Origin: an uncultured Opitutaceae bacterium | GTDB taxonomy: Bacteria > Verrucomicrobiota > Verrucomicrobiia > Opitutales > Opitutaceae | Direction of reading: 5' to 3' | Assembly (NCBI GenBank): GCA_964475035.1 | Contig: CAYYVB010000001.1 | Location: 7,573-71,572, forward strand | Length of the DNA stretch: 64,000 bases | Shown here: piece after piece, positions 9,349-19,390 of the stretch | How positions within the stretch are numbered: the stretch's first letter is position 1 | How the letters are laid out: each line of letters starts with the position of its first letter | Made by a program: the position numbers and the translations under genes | Notes under the pieces: model-generated | What the model saw: only the letters and a program-made list of their open reading frames with translations | What the model was told of the DNA's origin: nothing | The model's database searches: none

Positions 9349-10081
9349 AGATATACACGTCGGTGATTCCGTTGGCGGGAGCGGCGTAGGCGACGACGCC
9401 GGTATCGCAGGCGGCGCCCTCGATCGGGGCCAGTTGCGGTCCGTTCATCGAGAGCGCGAGTTCGTAGGCATCCCTTGCCGGGACCTGCGGGATCACGAGA
9501 TACGCGACCACGTAGTTGGCGTTGAGGTTGGTGGTTCCATCGAGACGGAAGTTGGCTCCCAAGGCCGCCGACGGCGCGAGCGCCGGATTCGCGGTCCGCG
9601 CCTCCACTCGCGTAACAGCCGACCAGTTGCGGAGCGGCGCCGCATCGGGCGTCATTGCGAAAGCTTGGAGCGCCTGGTTCCACTGCATTTCATTGCCGGT
9701 GCCGGTCGAGGTATAGAATTGGCTGCCCATGCGCAGGCTGATGGGCCGCTCAATCTTCCCCGCCGCGAGAAGCACGGCGTCGAGGCGTGCGCCATTGCCC
9801 TTGGCCGCGTCGGTGGCACCCGACAGTGCGGCGCCGGAACACGGCACGCCGGTGCCTTCGGTGCGCGGCAGGCTGCCATTGCCGCCGGGCATGGCAATGA
9901 AGTCCGTGAGCGCGGTCTTCAGGGTTTCGACGGCTTTTTCGACCTGCTGCACGCGCGCGGTGCGCAGCGCGTCGAAGCCTTTGGGCAACAGGAGGCCGAC
10001 GAGCACGCTGACGATGGCGAGAACAAGGACGAGTTCGAGGAGCGAGTAACCCCGGGCGCGGTTGAGTTTGGTGTTTTTCAT
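9332..10081 (-). CDS. Type IV pilin/pseudopilin (probable major pilin)
   Basis: MKNTKLNRARG|YSLLELVLVLAIV class III signal peptide with Glu5. Confidence 0.85.
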   Translation of the reverse strand: MKNTKLNRARGYSLLELVLVLAIVSVLVGLLLPKGFDALRTARVQQVEKAVETLKTALTDFIAMPGGNGSLPRTEGTGVPCSGAALSGATDAAKGNGARLDAVLLAAGKIERPISLRMGSQFYTSTGTGNEMQWNQALQAFAMTPDAAPLRNWSAVTRVEARTANPALAPSAALGANFRLDGTTNLNANYVVAYLVIPQVPARDAYELALSMNGPQLAPIEGAACDTGVVAYAAPANGITDVYIYVTSI

Positions 10082-10128
10082 GTGGGTTTGGGTTGTGGGC
10101 CGGACGGCCCGGTTGGGTTGGAGAGAAA

Positions 10129-11325
10129 TCAGAGGACGCGGGCGACCTGCTCGATGGTCGTGAGACCCCGCGCCGCCGCCGCTAGGCCGTGCTGCCACAG
10201 GGTCGCAAAGCCCTCGCGGTCGCGCAGGGCGGTGAGTTCCGCGAGCGGCGCCGCCGCCGCGATCAGCGGGGTGAGCTTTGCGGCCGGGACCACCTCGTGG
10301 ATCGCCAGTCGGCCGCGATACCCGCGGTCGCGGCAGGCGGCGCAACCGACCGCGCGATGAAATTGTGCATCCGGCATCCGGTGGACCTCCCGGAGCCGCG
10401 CGTTGTCGGGATGCGGTTCCTTGCATTCCGGACAAAGCCGGCGGACGAGCCGCTGCGCAGCGACGAGCCGCAACGATGCCGCCAGGAGAAAGCTCTCCAC
10501 GCCGAGATCGCGGAGGCGGGGAATCGCCGCCAGAGCGTCGTTCGTGTGCAGCGTGGAGAGCACCAGGTGTCCGGTCAGCGCCGCGCGGATCGCGAGCTGG
10601 GCCGTCTCGGCATCCCGCGTCTCGCCGACCAGGAGCACGTCAGGGTTCTGGCGGAGCAAGGCGCGCAGCGACGACGCGAATGTGAGTCCGATCTTTTCGC
10701 GGATCTCGGTCTGCCGGATGCCGGGGAATTCATATTCGACCGGATCCTCCAGCGTGTGGATGACGCGCTCCTTGTGATCGAGGGCATGGAGCGCCGCGTG
10801 AAGTGTGGTCGTCTTGCCCGAACCAGTCGGGCCGGTGAGGTAGATGATGCCCGCCGGTCCGCCCAGCGCCTGCCGGAGGGCCTCCGCTTGCGGCGGCGCG
10901 AGCCCCAGTTCGCCAAAGTCCTGCCCCGGCATCGTCTGATCGAGGAGCCGGACGACGAGGCTCTCGCCGTGCACGGTGGGAATCGTGGAGAGGCGCAGGT
11001 GAAACCGGCGTCCCTTTTCGCGGAGCACGGCGCGACCGTCCTGCGGCAGGCGTTTCTCGGTGATATCCATGCCGCCGAAAATCTTTCCGCGCGCGACCAA
11101 CGACTCCCGTTGTGTCGTCGGTAGCCGCAGGTGCTCGCGCATTTCACCGTCGAGGCGGAAGCGCACACAGAGACCGTCTTCCTTTGGCTCGAAATGGATG
11201 TCGCTCGCGCCTTCGTTCGCCGCCGCGCGCAGGATCGCTTCAAGGGTGCGCGTAGCGTCAGCGCCGCCCGCGTTCAATGGCTGTGTGGCGCGCGGCGCCC
11301 GAAATTGCTGGAGAACCGTAAGCAT
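10129..11325 (-). CDS. gspE: GspE/PilB assembly ATPase (short, no long N-terminal domain)
   Basis: ASDIHFEP, RLPQDG, GPTGSGKTTT, EDPVEY, LLRQNPDVLLVGETRD, TGHLVLSTLH, CPEC..CAAC. Confidence 0.93.
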   Translation of the reverse strand: MLTVLQQFRAPRATQPLNAGGADATRTLEAILRAAANEGASDIHFEPKEDGLCVRFRLDGEMREHLRLPTTQRESLVARGKIFGGMDITEKRLPQDGRAVLREKGRRFHLRLSTIPTVHGESLVVRLLDQTMPGQDFGELGLAPPQAEALRQALGGPAGIIYLTGPTGSGKTTTLHAALHALDHKERVIHTLEDPVEYEFPGIRQTEIREKIGLTFASSLRALLRQNPDVLLVGETRDAETAQLAIRAALTGHLVLSTLHTNDALAAIPRLRDLGVESFLLAASLRLVAAQRLVRRLCPECKEPHPDNARLREVHRMPDAQFHRAVGCAACRDRGYRGRLAIHEVVPAAKLTPLIAAAAPLAELTALRDREGFATLWQHGLAAAARGLTTIEQVARVL

Positions 11326-12731
11326 CAGCGGACGAGTCGGGGTGTGAGAAAGATGACCAGTTCGGTCCGCTGCCGGAGCTTCGCCTTGCTGCGGAAGGCC
11401 GCGCCCATGACCGGCACGGACCCGAGGATGGGCACGGCGCGCGTGGACTCGCCCGATTCTTCCGAAATCAATCCGCCGATCACGGCAGTTTCGCCATCGC
11501 GCAGCCGCACGATGGTCGAAGCCTGCTTCACCTCCGTGACCGGTGCGGTCTGCCGTCCGTCGGGACTCGTCACGATGGCCTGGAGCCGCGTGATCGCTGG
11601 CAGCACATCAAGCGTGATGACGCCGTTCCCGTCGATCTGCGGCGTCACGGCCAGGATGGTGCCGATCGTGATCGTCGAAATCGAAAAGCTCTCCTGCGTC
11701 TGGTTGACCGGCACGGTGGTGCCGCCCTGCTGAAATGTCGTGGATTGCTGCAACCGGAAGAACGGCCGGTCCTCGCCCACCTTTATGAACGCGGTCTGGT
11801 TGTTGAGCGCCCGCAGCCGCGGCTGCGCCACGGTCTTCAAGTCACCTTGCGCTTTGAGCGCATGGATAAGTGCGGTCGCTTTCTCCCAGCCGAGGGTGGC
11901 GGTAAACGTGCTGGCACCGAGCAGCGCGCCGCCCACGCCGGTCACCTCGACCGGCGAACCCGCCGTGAGCGTCGCTTGCCGCCCAATCGAGGCTGCCGCG
12001 AGATCCCAATCGACGCCCAGCTTCTGCTCGTCGCGCAGCGTCACTTCGACCAAGCGCGCTTCGATCTCCACCTGCTGCGTGATGCGCCGGTTCACCAGCT
12101 CGATGAAGGCGGCGATGATTTGGTGGCGGCCGAGCGGGGCCGTGACCTGCGCGACCCCGCTGAACCGGTTGAGGACGAGCGCGTCGCCGTCGCCCAGCAT
12201 TGCCTTCAACTCCGCCTCCAACGTGGTCCAGAAGGTGTTCTGGTTTTCCTGTGAAACTGACACCTGGGTCGCGTCGCTTCCGGAGCCGTTGACGCCCAGC
12301 GCCTGCGCCTGCTGCGCCGGACTGAGGCCCGGCTGGCCGAAACCGTTGGTGCCGTTCCCGCCGTTCGCTCCGCCCAAGGTGATCGACGCGCTGCCGGAGC
12401 CGCTCCGCACGAGCTGCGGATAATTGATCGTGTAGAGCACGGTCTTCAACCGGCGGACCATCAGCCCGCCCGCCTCCTGGCCGTAGTGATGGCCCAGCGG
12501 AGCCGTGATGGCATCGAGCGCGTGGCGCAGAGAGCCGCTCCGCAGCTCGAGCGTGACCGTGCCGGTCAATTCTGGCTCCACCAGAATCGACGTTTCGCTC
12601 GCCCGCGCGAGGGTGCGCAGGGCGACCGCGAGCGTCGCATGATCGAAGCGAAGGGCGGGCACCGGACGGTCGAGCGGCGATTCCGCAGCCGAGACGGCGG
12701 TGACGAGGAAGAGGATCAGGAGAATGCGCAT
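11325..12731 (-). CDS. Secretin (GspD/PilQ/MshL family)
   Basis: Signal peptide; QVEIEARLVEV, PRLRALNNQTAFIKVG, DGETAVIGGLI, VPILGSVP..G.AF, TELVIFLTPRLV. Confidence 0.9.
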   Translation of the reverse strand: MRILLILFLVTAVSAAESPLDRPVPALRFDHATLAVALRTLARASETSILVEPELTGTVTLELRSGSLRHALDAITAPLGHHYGQEAGGLMVRRLKTVLYTINYPQLVRSGSGSASITLGGANGGNGTNGFGQPGLSPAQQAQALGVNGSGSDATQVSVSQENQNTFWTTLEAELKAMLGDGDALVLNRFSGVAQVTAPLGRHQIIAAFIELVNRRITQQVEIEARLVEVTLRDEQKLGVDWDLAAASIGRQATLTAGSPVEVTGVGGALLGASTFTATLGWEKATALIHALKAQGDLKTVAQPRLRALNNQTAFIKVGEDRPFFRLQQSTTFQQGGTTVPVNQTQESFSISTITIGTILAVTPQIDGNGVITLDVLPAITRLQAIVTSPDGRQTAPVTEVKQASTIVRLRDGETAVIGGLISEESGESTRAVPILGSVPVMGAAFRSKAKLRQRTELVIFLTPRLVR

Positions 12732-12743
12732 GGGTTCGGTGGG

Positions 12744-14198
12744 TTAGGGTCGTTCGAGGACGAACGGCGTGGTGCCGCTCGTCGTGTTGCCTTGGAGGAT
12801 CGTTCGGCCGGCGGGCCGGTATTTGAGCACGGCTGCCGCGACCGCATTGAAGGTCCGCGTCACGCTCGGAGCCGGAAGGAATTCCCCGTCACCCGGCTGG
12901 CTCGCCTGCACCGTCACGGCACCGGGACCGGTCACGGTGAGTTGATTGCCGGTCAAGGTCGCCGGCCCGCTGACGAGTGCGTAGCTGACGGGCAACCCCG
13001 AGGAGGCCGTGGCACTCAAGGTCAGCGGCGCGCCGCCCACGGGCTGAGTGCCGAGCGGTGCAAACGAGATCGTCTGCGCGGTCTTGTCGGTGAACACGGC
13101 TTGCACCCACAGGGCGCGATCCACGAACACGGTGATCGAAGGCGCCGTGCCGCTCGCATCGCCCGCCCAGCCCAGAAACCGGTGCGTGGCATCGGGCGTG
13201 CCCGACAATGTGAGCAGCGTGCCGTAGGGATAGGTTCCACCCGGTGTCACCGCGCCGCCGGAGGTGGCGCTCGTTGTCAGGGCGAAATTCTTCACAGAGA
13301 AGTTCGCCTGCACGGTCTTGCTCCGATCCATGAGGACGCTGAGTGGATTGGCGGTGCCCGCGCCATCGCCGCTCCAGCCGGCGAATTCATGCATCGAGTC
13401 AGGGGTGGCGGTCACATAGGCTGTGCTGCCGGCCGTGAAGGTTCCGCCGCCCGTGACGCCGCCGCCGGAGCCGGCCGCAGTCGTCAGTGTGTATTGCGCG
13501 GGAGGCGGCGGGCCGGCGATGGCCACCGTGTGGGTTATCACCGGCGAGAGCGCCCCGGCCGCATCCGCCGCCTGGGCGGTGAACGTAATGGTGGCCGGGC
13601 CGGCATCGCTGGTTGCGTTTCCCGAATCGCCGTCGGTGCCGTCGCCCCCGCCCGCGAAGGCGAACGGCTGTCCGTCCTTCCACACCTTGACCTCCGCGAG
13701 GTTGCCATCGTCGTCGTGGCCCCGGGCCGCGACGGTGTAGGCTTGACCGTGCGCCGCGCTCGCTGGCGCGAACGTCCAGAGGATCGTCGGCGGAGTGTTC
13801 GGTGGGACTGGCAGGGCCAACGATTCCTCATCCAGCCGGAAGCCCGACCAGCCCTCGCCGGAAATGCGGATCAGCCGGGTGCCCGGGCTGGTTGTGATGG
13901 CGTAGGTCCCGGCCGGGACGGTGAAAGTCGCCACTCCGGAGCGGGTGGCGCCTTCATACCAGTCCATCGGGCTCCCCGTCACGGTGAAGGCGGCGATGAC
14001 GTCGTTTTGGGCGTTGCGCAGCTCGACCACGGGATCGTGGACGAAGGCGACCGAGCCCCACGGGCTGGAGGGCACCCAGCCGGCAAAAACCTCGGTGCCC
14101 CGAAACGAGACGGGCACGTTCATGGTCCCACCGGGCCAGTCGAAGGCGAGCAGCGGGGAGGCCAGGCCAAGCAGGAGGAGGAGACGAATGGTTTTCAT
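12744..14198 (-). CDS. Secreted Ig-like/InlB B-repeat protein, probable pilus-associated adhesin
   Basis: Signal peptide MKTIRLLLLLGLASPLLA; two repeats of the type YTLTT..G.GG.V..GGT...AT.PD..H.F.GW.GD. Confidence 0.7.
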   Translation of the reverse strand: MKTIRLLLLLGLASPLLAFDWPGGTMNVPVSFRGTEVFAGWVPSSPWGSVAFVHDPVVELRNAQNDVIAAFTVTGSPMDWYEGATRSGVATFTVPAGTYAITTSPGTRLIRISGEGWSGFRLDEESLALPVPPNTPPTILWTFAPASAAHGQAYTVAARGHDDDGNLAEVKVWKDGQPFAFAGGGDGTDGDSGNATSDAGPATITFTAQAADAAGALSPVITHTVAIAGPPPPAQYTLTTAAGSGGGVTGGGTFTAGSTAYVTATPDSMHEFAGWSGDGAGTANPLSVLMDRSKTVQANFSVKNFALTTSATSGGAVTPGGTYPYGTLLTLSGTPDATHRFLGWAGDASGTAPSITVFVDRALWVQAVFTDKTAQTISFAPLGTQPVGGAPLTLSATASSGLPVSYALVSGPATLTGNQLTVTGPGAVTVQASQPGDGEFLPAPSVTRTFNAVAAAVLKYRPAGRTILQGNTTSGTTPFVLERP

Positions 14199-15097
14199 TG
14201 GACGGTGATGGTGGCGTTTTCGCGGAGCCGGAAACGGAGCGCCTCGACGCCGGGCGCGCTGGTGCCGCGGTTGATGGTGATGAGCCTCCCGCCGAGGATT
14301 TCGGGCGTCGTGCTTGCGCCGGAACCGGGTCCGGCCGTGAACGCGGGGCTCGTGTTGTTGAACGAGACGAACGCGGAGTCCGTCGCGTGGTTGTTGTTCA
14401 CCGTGACGGTGAACTTGGGCAGGACGATCCGCCGGACACACAGCCGCCAGACGGAGGTCATCCCGCCGCTGCCGGCAGTCCAGGCGGCGAGCTGGGCCGG
14501 CGAGAGCCGTCCCGACCAGTAGGCGGGCGGTTGCGCCGTCCGGCTCTCCCAGTCGTTGTTCCACAGCGCATCGAACCATGCAGCACTCGCCTCATACGCC
14601 GGCAGCGCGAGTTGGTCGCTGCGTGCCGTCAGGCTGACGAGGAGGAACCGTTGCCGGCCCGCCTCGCTTGGGGCCGCGATGAGGATGCGCGGATTGCCCG
14701 TGGGATTGAAGGCGATCTGCGCGACCGCCGGCTGCGCCGCGGGGGCGACACCGATCTGCGGAGCAATTCCCCGAGCCCGCGCCACCTTGGCGAACCAGTC
14801 GGCGCCTGCTGTGGTGGCCGACGTTGCGCTCGTGGAAGTCGAGAACCGCGTGGCCGTGTCGGAAGTGCCGAGTGTGCCCGGCAGGGCCGCCACATTGTCG
14901 TTGCTCAGATCGATGGCCTCGAAGGTGGTGGCGATGGTCGCTGCCAGTTCGTCCAGTGCCTTCGCCTCGGCGTCACGCCGGCCGCGCTCGATCACTTCGC
15001 GCAGCGACGGCGCAACGGCCGCCGCCACGATTCCGAGGACGAAGAGGACGAGGACGATTTCGAGCAGGGAAAAACCTTGGGAAGAATCGGTGCGCAT
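14195..15097 (-). CDS. Minor type IV pilin/pseudopilin
   Basis: MRTDSSQG|FSLLEIVLVLFVLGIV prepilin motif. Confidence 0.85.
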   Translation of the reverse strand: MRTDSSQGFSLLEIVLVLFVLGIVAAAVAPSLREVIERGRRDAEAKALDELAATIATTFEAIDLSNDNVAALPGTLGTSDTATRFSTSTSATSATTAGADWFAKVARARGIAPQIGVAPAAQPAVAQIAFNPTGNPRILIAAPSEAGRQRFLLVSLTARSDQLALPAYEASAAWFDALWNNDWESRTAQPPAYWSGRLSPAQLAAWTAGSGGMTSVWRLCVRRIVLPKFTVTVNNNHATDSAFVSFNNTSPAFTAGPGSGASTTPEILGGRLITINRGTSAPGVEALRFRLRENATITVQ

Positions 15098-15099
15098 GG

Positions 15100-16302
15100 T
15101 CAGTGGGAGTTGACGCCCGCCAGGAGCGAGAAGAGCGGGAGGAAGAACGAGAGGGCGATGAGCCCGACCACGGCGGTGAGCGCCGCGAGCAACGTGGGCT
15201 CCAGGAGCGCCAGCGCGGTCGTCAGCCGCTCCTTCGCCCTCCGCGCCGCGTAGGTTTCGATGTGTTGCAGCGCGAGCCCGAGTTGCCCGGTGGTTTCGCC
15301 GGCCTTGAGCGCCGGGATGAGAAAAGCCGGGAAGGCATGGCGCAGCGGCAGCGACGCATACAGGGGACGCCCCACCGCCACGCCTTCCCGCGCGGAGAGC
15401 AGTTGCCGCGCGAGGACCGCGTGGTTCATGAGCTCGGCGCCGCTCTTCAGCGATTCGAGGAGCGGCACCCCGGCCTCTTGCAGCAGTCGGCAATGCGAAG
15501 CGAAGCGCGCCGCCGCGAGACAGCGGATCGTCTCCCCCAGCACCGGGAACCGAAGCAGGGCGGCATCGCGGACATACCGAAGCGCCGGGTGCCGCGTGGC
15601 GGCGACCGCGAGGAAAGCGACCACCACGAGTGCGCCAGCCAACACCGGCCAGAACTGCCGCAGCAGTTCGCTCGTGCGGATCAGGCCCCGCGTGAGCGCG
15701 GGCAATGGCAGGTGCAGCGAGGTGAAGATCTCCGCGAACTTGGGCACCACGCCGCCGATCAGGAACACGACGAGTCCGCCGACGGCGACGAACACGATCA
15801 CGGGATAGATGAGCGCCCGCTTGGCCGTGCGGCGGATTTCCTCGGCGCTCGACAGATGTTCGGCCAGTGACCGCAGGGACTCCGGCAATTGCGCCGAGGC
15901 TTCGCCGGCTGCGATCACGGCGGCAACGTGCGGCGGGAACTGTTTTGAGAAGAACCGGCAGGCTTCGTGAATGGGCCGGCCCTGCGCGACCTGCTCGTGA
16001 ACCTGCTCCAGGAGCGTGCGCGCATTGCCCTCCGGCGCGTCTTCGGCCAGTTGCCGGAGCGCCTGGTCCGCCGTCACGCCGGCTCGCAGGAGCATTTCGA
16101 GCTGGTGGAGGAGCGGCACGAAGTCGCCGACCGGGATCGTGATCCGCGCGAGTTTCCGCGGCGACGCAACCGGCCGGATTTGCAGCGGCCAGAGCGCGCG
16201 CGAGCGCAGCTTCTCGCGCAAAGCGAGCTCATCGGGCGCGGTCTCCCGGAAGGACCGACGGGTTCCCGACCGATCGATGGCACTGACGACGTAGGCGGGC
16301 AT
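15100..16302 (-). CDS. gspF: GspF/PilC platform protein
   Basis: QLEMLLRAGV, AGEASAQL, ALIYP, VVPKFAEIF..L..LPALT, AGETTGQL, LLEP. Confidence 0.9.
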   Translation of the reverse strand: MPAYVVSAIDRSGTRRSFRETAPDELALREKLRSRALWPLQIRPVASPRKLARITIPVGDFVPLLHQLEMLLRAGVTADQALRQLAEDAPEGNARTLLEQVHEQVAQGRPIHEACRFFSKQFPPHVAAVIAAGEASAQLPESLRSLAEHLSSAEEIRRTAKRALIYPVIVFVAVGGLVVFLIGGVVPKFAEIFTSLHLPLPALTRGLIRTSELLRQFWPVLAGALVVVAFLAVAATRHPALRYVRDAALLRFPVLGETIRCLAAARFASHCRLLQEAGVPLLESLKSGAELMNHAVLARQLLSAREGVAVGRPLYASLPLRHAFPAFLIPALKAGETTGQLGLALQHIETYAARRAKERLTTALALLEPTLLAALTAVVGLIALSFFLPLFSLLAGVNSH

Positions 16303-16303
16303 G

Positions 16304-16954
16304 TCAGTTGGGCAGGCGCACCCGCACGGGCTTATCGGAAAGCGGTAGTCGCAATCGTCGTTCGCCGAGCCGCAGCAGCACGGCCTCGGGATCGATGCGC
16401 TCGACGCGGAACGACTCCACGTTGTCGCCCGCTTCCACCAAGCGTTCGTTAACGACGGCGCACGCCTTCGGCCCCGCGATGAGACCCGAGACATGCACCA
16501 ACACCTCGCGACCTGCTCCCTCTAGGGCGGCGCGCACCGCGAAGGGATTCACGGGCTCGCCGGATTTCGCCGTAGTCGCCGTGAGATCGATGACGCCGTC
16601 GGCATTGGGAATCAGCGCCGGCTCTTCCGCCGCAACGGGCAGAGTTGCCGGCGCGATGAGCGGCTGGGGATTCACGGGCAGCGGAATGATCGGTCCACCC
16701 GTCGCGGGAATCGACGGCGTCGCCTTCGCCTGCAGTCCGGATTTCAGGGCATCGTTCTGGCTCAACAGCGCCTCGATATATTGAGCCTGCTGGCGCACCT
16801 TGGCTGAGAGATCCGGCGCGTCCGGTGCAACGGGTGCAGCCGCTGCTGGCTGAGGTGCAACCACGGGACGAGCCGGCGAAGGGCCAGGCGGCACCGACGG
16901 TGCTACCTGGCATCCGGCCAACACGCACAAGACGGAGAGGAGGAAATATTTCAT
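16304..16954 (-). CDS. Lipoprotein with PilP/GspC-like C-terminal domain
   Basis: Lipobox LAGC; NPF motif followed by VSGLIAG..AVVN..LV..GD. Confidence 0.6.
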   Translation of the reverse strand: MKYFLLSVLCVLAGCQVAPSVPPGPSPARPVVAPQPAAAAPVAPDAPDLSAKVRQQAQYIEALLSQNDALKSGLQAKATPSIPATGGPIIPLPVNPQPLIAPATLPVAAEEPALIPNADGVIDLTATTAKSGEPVNPFAVRAALEGAGREVLVHVSGLIAGPKACAVVNERLVEAGDNVESFRVERIDPEAVLLRLGERRLRLPLSDKPVRVRLPN

Positions 16955-17949
16955 GGTAGCTGGGGGTTGTTCTGCGTAGGCGCGGGCGACGGCTTCGCCT
17001 GGCTGCGGTCGAGGGTTTGGGTGACGTAGAGGTAGAACGGCTTTCCGGCGGGCACGCGGAGGTAGAAGCCGTCGCGGGCAATCGCTTCGCGCATCGCCTG
17101 CGCATACTCGCGGAACACGGCCCCGGTGCCGGCGAGGACGGCGTTGCGCGCGGTAGAGGCCGGCAGCGAGCTCTCGCCGAGCAGGCCTGTCGTGAGCCGG
17201 TTGTCCTGCAACGCGGCGGTGGCGCTCGCGAGAAACGTGGCGGCGAAAAGCTTCAGCTCGCGGTCGTCGTTCGTTTTCACGATCTGTCCTCGCAACCCCG
17301 CGGAGCCGTCATGCGCGCCCCACACGCCGGAGGCCGGATCGTATTCGCGGTCGAGCACGAGCCCCTCGACCGCGAGTTCGCTGCCGTTGTCGGTGTCACT
17401 CGTTCTCCAGACGATGCGCCACTGGCCCTGCGCACCCAGTCGCTCGCGCGCACGGTCGAGGGCGGCGCGCCCATGCACTTCCGCGCCCGCGGGAATCACG
17501 CGTCGCCCGTTGTGCCAGACATCCTCGGTGACGAGCCCGATGATCGGGGTTTCCAAGCGGTTTGATTCCAGCGTGACTACGGTCGCGCACGGGATCAGCC
17601 GGCCGAAGGGCGCGGACGGGGCCGGGTGCGCCGCTGGCGGAACCGGCGGAGCGATGACGAGCGCCAGCGGCAGCTCGCGCGGCTTTGGCGGGACTCCGGA
17701 CGCGCCCGCGGGCGGCGCGGGCATCACAGAAGCGGAGAAGACCGGCGGAGGCGGTTTAACGAAGCGCGCCCCGTCGCGCGTCAGGGTCTTTGGCAGTGGC
17801 ACGGCCGGGGCCGGTTTCGCCGCTGGCAACGCCGCCGCCGGCTTCGATTGTTGCTGCCAGCGGACGGCGAGGATGCCGAGCAGCAGCACGGCTGCGACCA
17901 GCACGACCTGGCCTGTGGGCGAAGTGAGGAAATCGCGATCGAGTTTCAT
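16951..17949 (-). CDS. virB10: VirB10/TrbI-like T4SS core protein
   Basis: TM segment + Pro-rich linker; PIIGLVTEDVW...IPAGAEVHG; VPAGKPFYLYV. Confidence 0.7.
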   Translation of the reverse strand: MKLDRDFLTSPTGQVVLVAAVLLLGILAVRWQQQSKPAAALPAAKPAPAVPLPKTLTRDGARFVKPPPPVFSASVMPAPPAGASGVPPKPRELPLALVIAPPVPPAAHPAPSAPFGRLIPCATVVTLESNRLETPIIGLVTEDVWHNGRRVIPAGAEVHGRAALDRARERLGAQGQWRIVWRTSDTDNGSELAVEGLVLDREYDPASGVWGAHDGSAGLRGQIVKTNDDRELKLFAATFLASATAALQDNRLTTGLLGESSLPASTARNAVLAGTGAVFREYAQAMREAIARDGFYLRVPAGKPFYLYVTQTLDRSQAKPSPAPTQNNPQLP

Positions 17950-18752
17950 GACGTGGGCACGATCACCGAATACTCCGCCTGCACCGGCAGGTTGGCCCGG
18001 CCGCCGCCCGGCGCGCCGGCGATGATGAGATACACGAGCGATGCACCCTGCGGCGGTATCGCTCCCGACGCATCCGCGAGCGCGGCCGGAAAGAATTCGC
18101 GGTCCAAGCGCACGGCGAGGCCAGCCACATCATAGCGGACCGGAGCATTCGTCGCGTTGTCCAGCCGCACACGGAACACCAGCACGTCCTCGGCCTCGAA
18201 GCGGGTGACCGATTCGATGGTCGCCGAGAAGCCACGATACGCGGTGAGCGTGCGCGGTTCGGCGTGCTCCAGGGCCGAAGCCATGCCGGCCGCCGGTGCG
18301 CGGCGCTGCTCGTGCTTCGCGCGCTCGAGGAGTCCGCGCAGGGCATCGGACGGGAGCCGCTGGCCGGCACCGCCCGAGAGCGGTTGATCCAAAAACACGA
18401 CCGCCCGGTCGGGTTCCGTTGCGCCGACGAGCCGCAGCGCATACACCCGCCCGCGGAACAGGATGTTGAGCGCCGCGACGGCGTCCTCCTTCCGCAGCCG
18501 CAACGAGAAATACTCCGCCCCGGCCTCATGCGCGAGGAGCACGCCTGGATTATCGTCCGGCTTTTCGGAGACATTGGCACCGATGAGCGCTCGGATCGGT
18601 CCGGGGAAGACGCACGTGGTCGGCTCCGCCGGATTCAGCCGGACGGTATAGACCGACCGATCGTCGAGCGGATAGGTGCGGATCTCGGAAGCGCGGACGC
18701 CGAGCATCAGCAGAGCCTGCACAACGATCATTGGGATAAGTCGTAAGTCCAT
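17946..18752 (-). CDS. VirB9/TraK-like T4SS core protein
   Basis: Signal peptide, beta-rich, PTTCVFPGPI; sits between VirB8-like and VirB10-like genes. Confidence 0.5.
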   Translation of the reverse strand: MDLRLIPMIVVQALLMLGVRASEIRTYPLDDRSVYTVRLNPAEPTTCVFPGPIRALIGANVSEKPDDNPGVLLAHEAGAEYFSLRLRKEDAVAALNILFRGRVYALRLVGATEPDRAVVFLDQPLSGGAGQRLPSDALRGLLERAKHEQRRAPAAGMASALEHAEPRTLTAYRGFSATIESVTRFEAEDVLVFRVRLDNATNAPVRYDVAGLAVRLDREFFPAALADASGAIPPQGASLVYLIIAGAPGGGRANLPVQAEYSVIVPTS

Positions 18753-19390
18753 ACTGCGAGGGGATACCGGCCGTTGGCCGCCAGATTGGGGTTGCGCGCG
18801 AACTTGAATCGCGCGGTGAAAGTGGGCGCTTCAGTGAAAATCTGTCCCCCGACGACACCGGTGCGGACGAGCTGGCCCTCCGCCTGCACGAGCACGACAT
18901 TCTCGCGGGTTTCGAGGACGGTTACCTTGAGCACTTCCGGTTTCTGGTGCAGCGCCTTGGCCGCGAATTCCTCGGCGGAGGCATTCCATTCCGCGCGCGC
19001 CTTGATTGCGGCTTCCGGCAGGAATAGCTTGTCCAGCAGCTCGGGAAAATCCGCCCCGGCCGGGTTGCGTTGCAGCAACGCCAGACAAGCCAGGAGCGCG
19101 TGCTGCTCGTGCAGTTTGGACGCTTCCTCGAAACCCAGCAACGGGCTCACGTGAAACGTTCCGCTCGGGTCGAGCACGATCACGCGCTCGCGTTCCCGGT
19201 AGGCGCGGATGATGAGGAACGGCTGCACCGCGCAGAACGCGACGGCGACCAGCGCCACGATACACCAGAGCCGGGCGGCGAGCGCATGGTCGGCAAACAC
19301 CGCGAGCGGATTCCACGAGCGACGCGGCCGGTCGGCCGGGTTGGGCCGCACGTGGGGAACGGAGGTTTCGCGCAAGGTCGTCATCGTCAC
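18728..19390 (-). CDS. VirB8/TraE-like T4SS protein
   Basis: Single TM segment followed by RERVIVLDPSG and a C-terminal RNP..NGRYPLAVW. Confidence 0.55.
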   Translation of the reverse strand: MTMTTLRETSVPHVRPNPADRPRRSWNPLAVFADHALAARLWCIVALVAVAFCAVQPFLIIRAYRERERVIVLDPSGTFHVSPLLGFEEASKLHEQHALLACLALLQRNPAGADFPELLDKLFLPEAAIKARAEWNASAEEFAAKALHQKPEVLKVTVLETRENVVLVQAEGQLVRTGVVGGQIFTEAPTFTARFKFARNPNLAANGRYPLAVWTYDLSQ

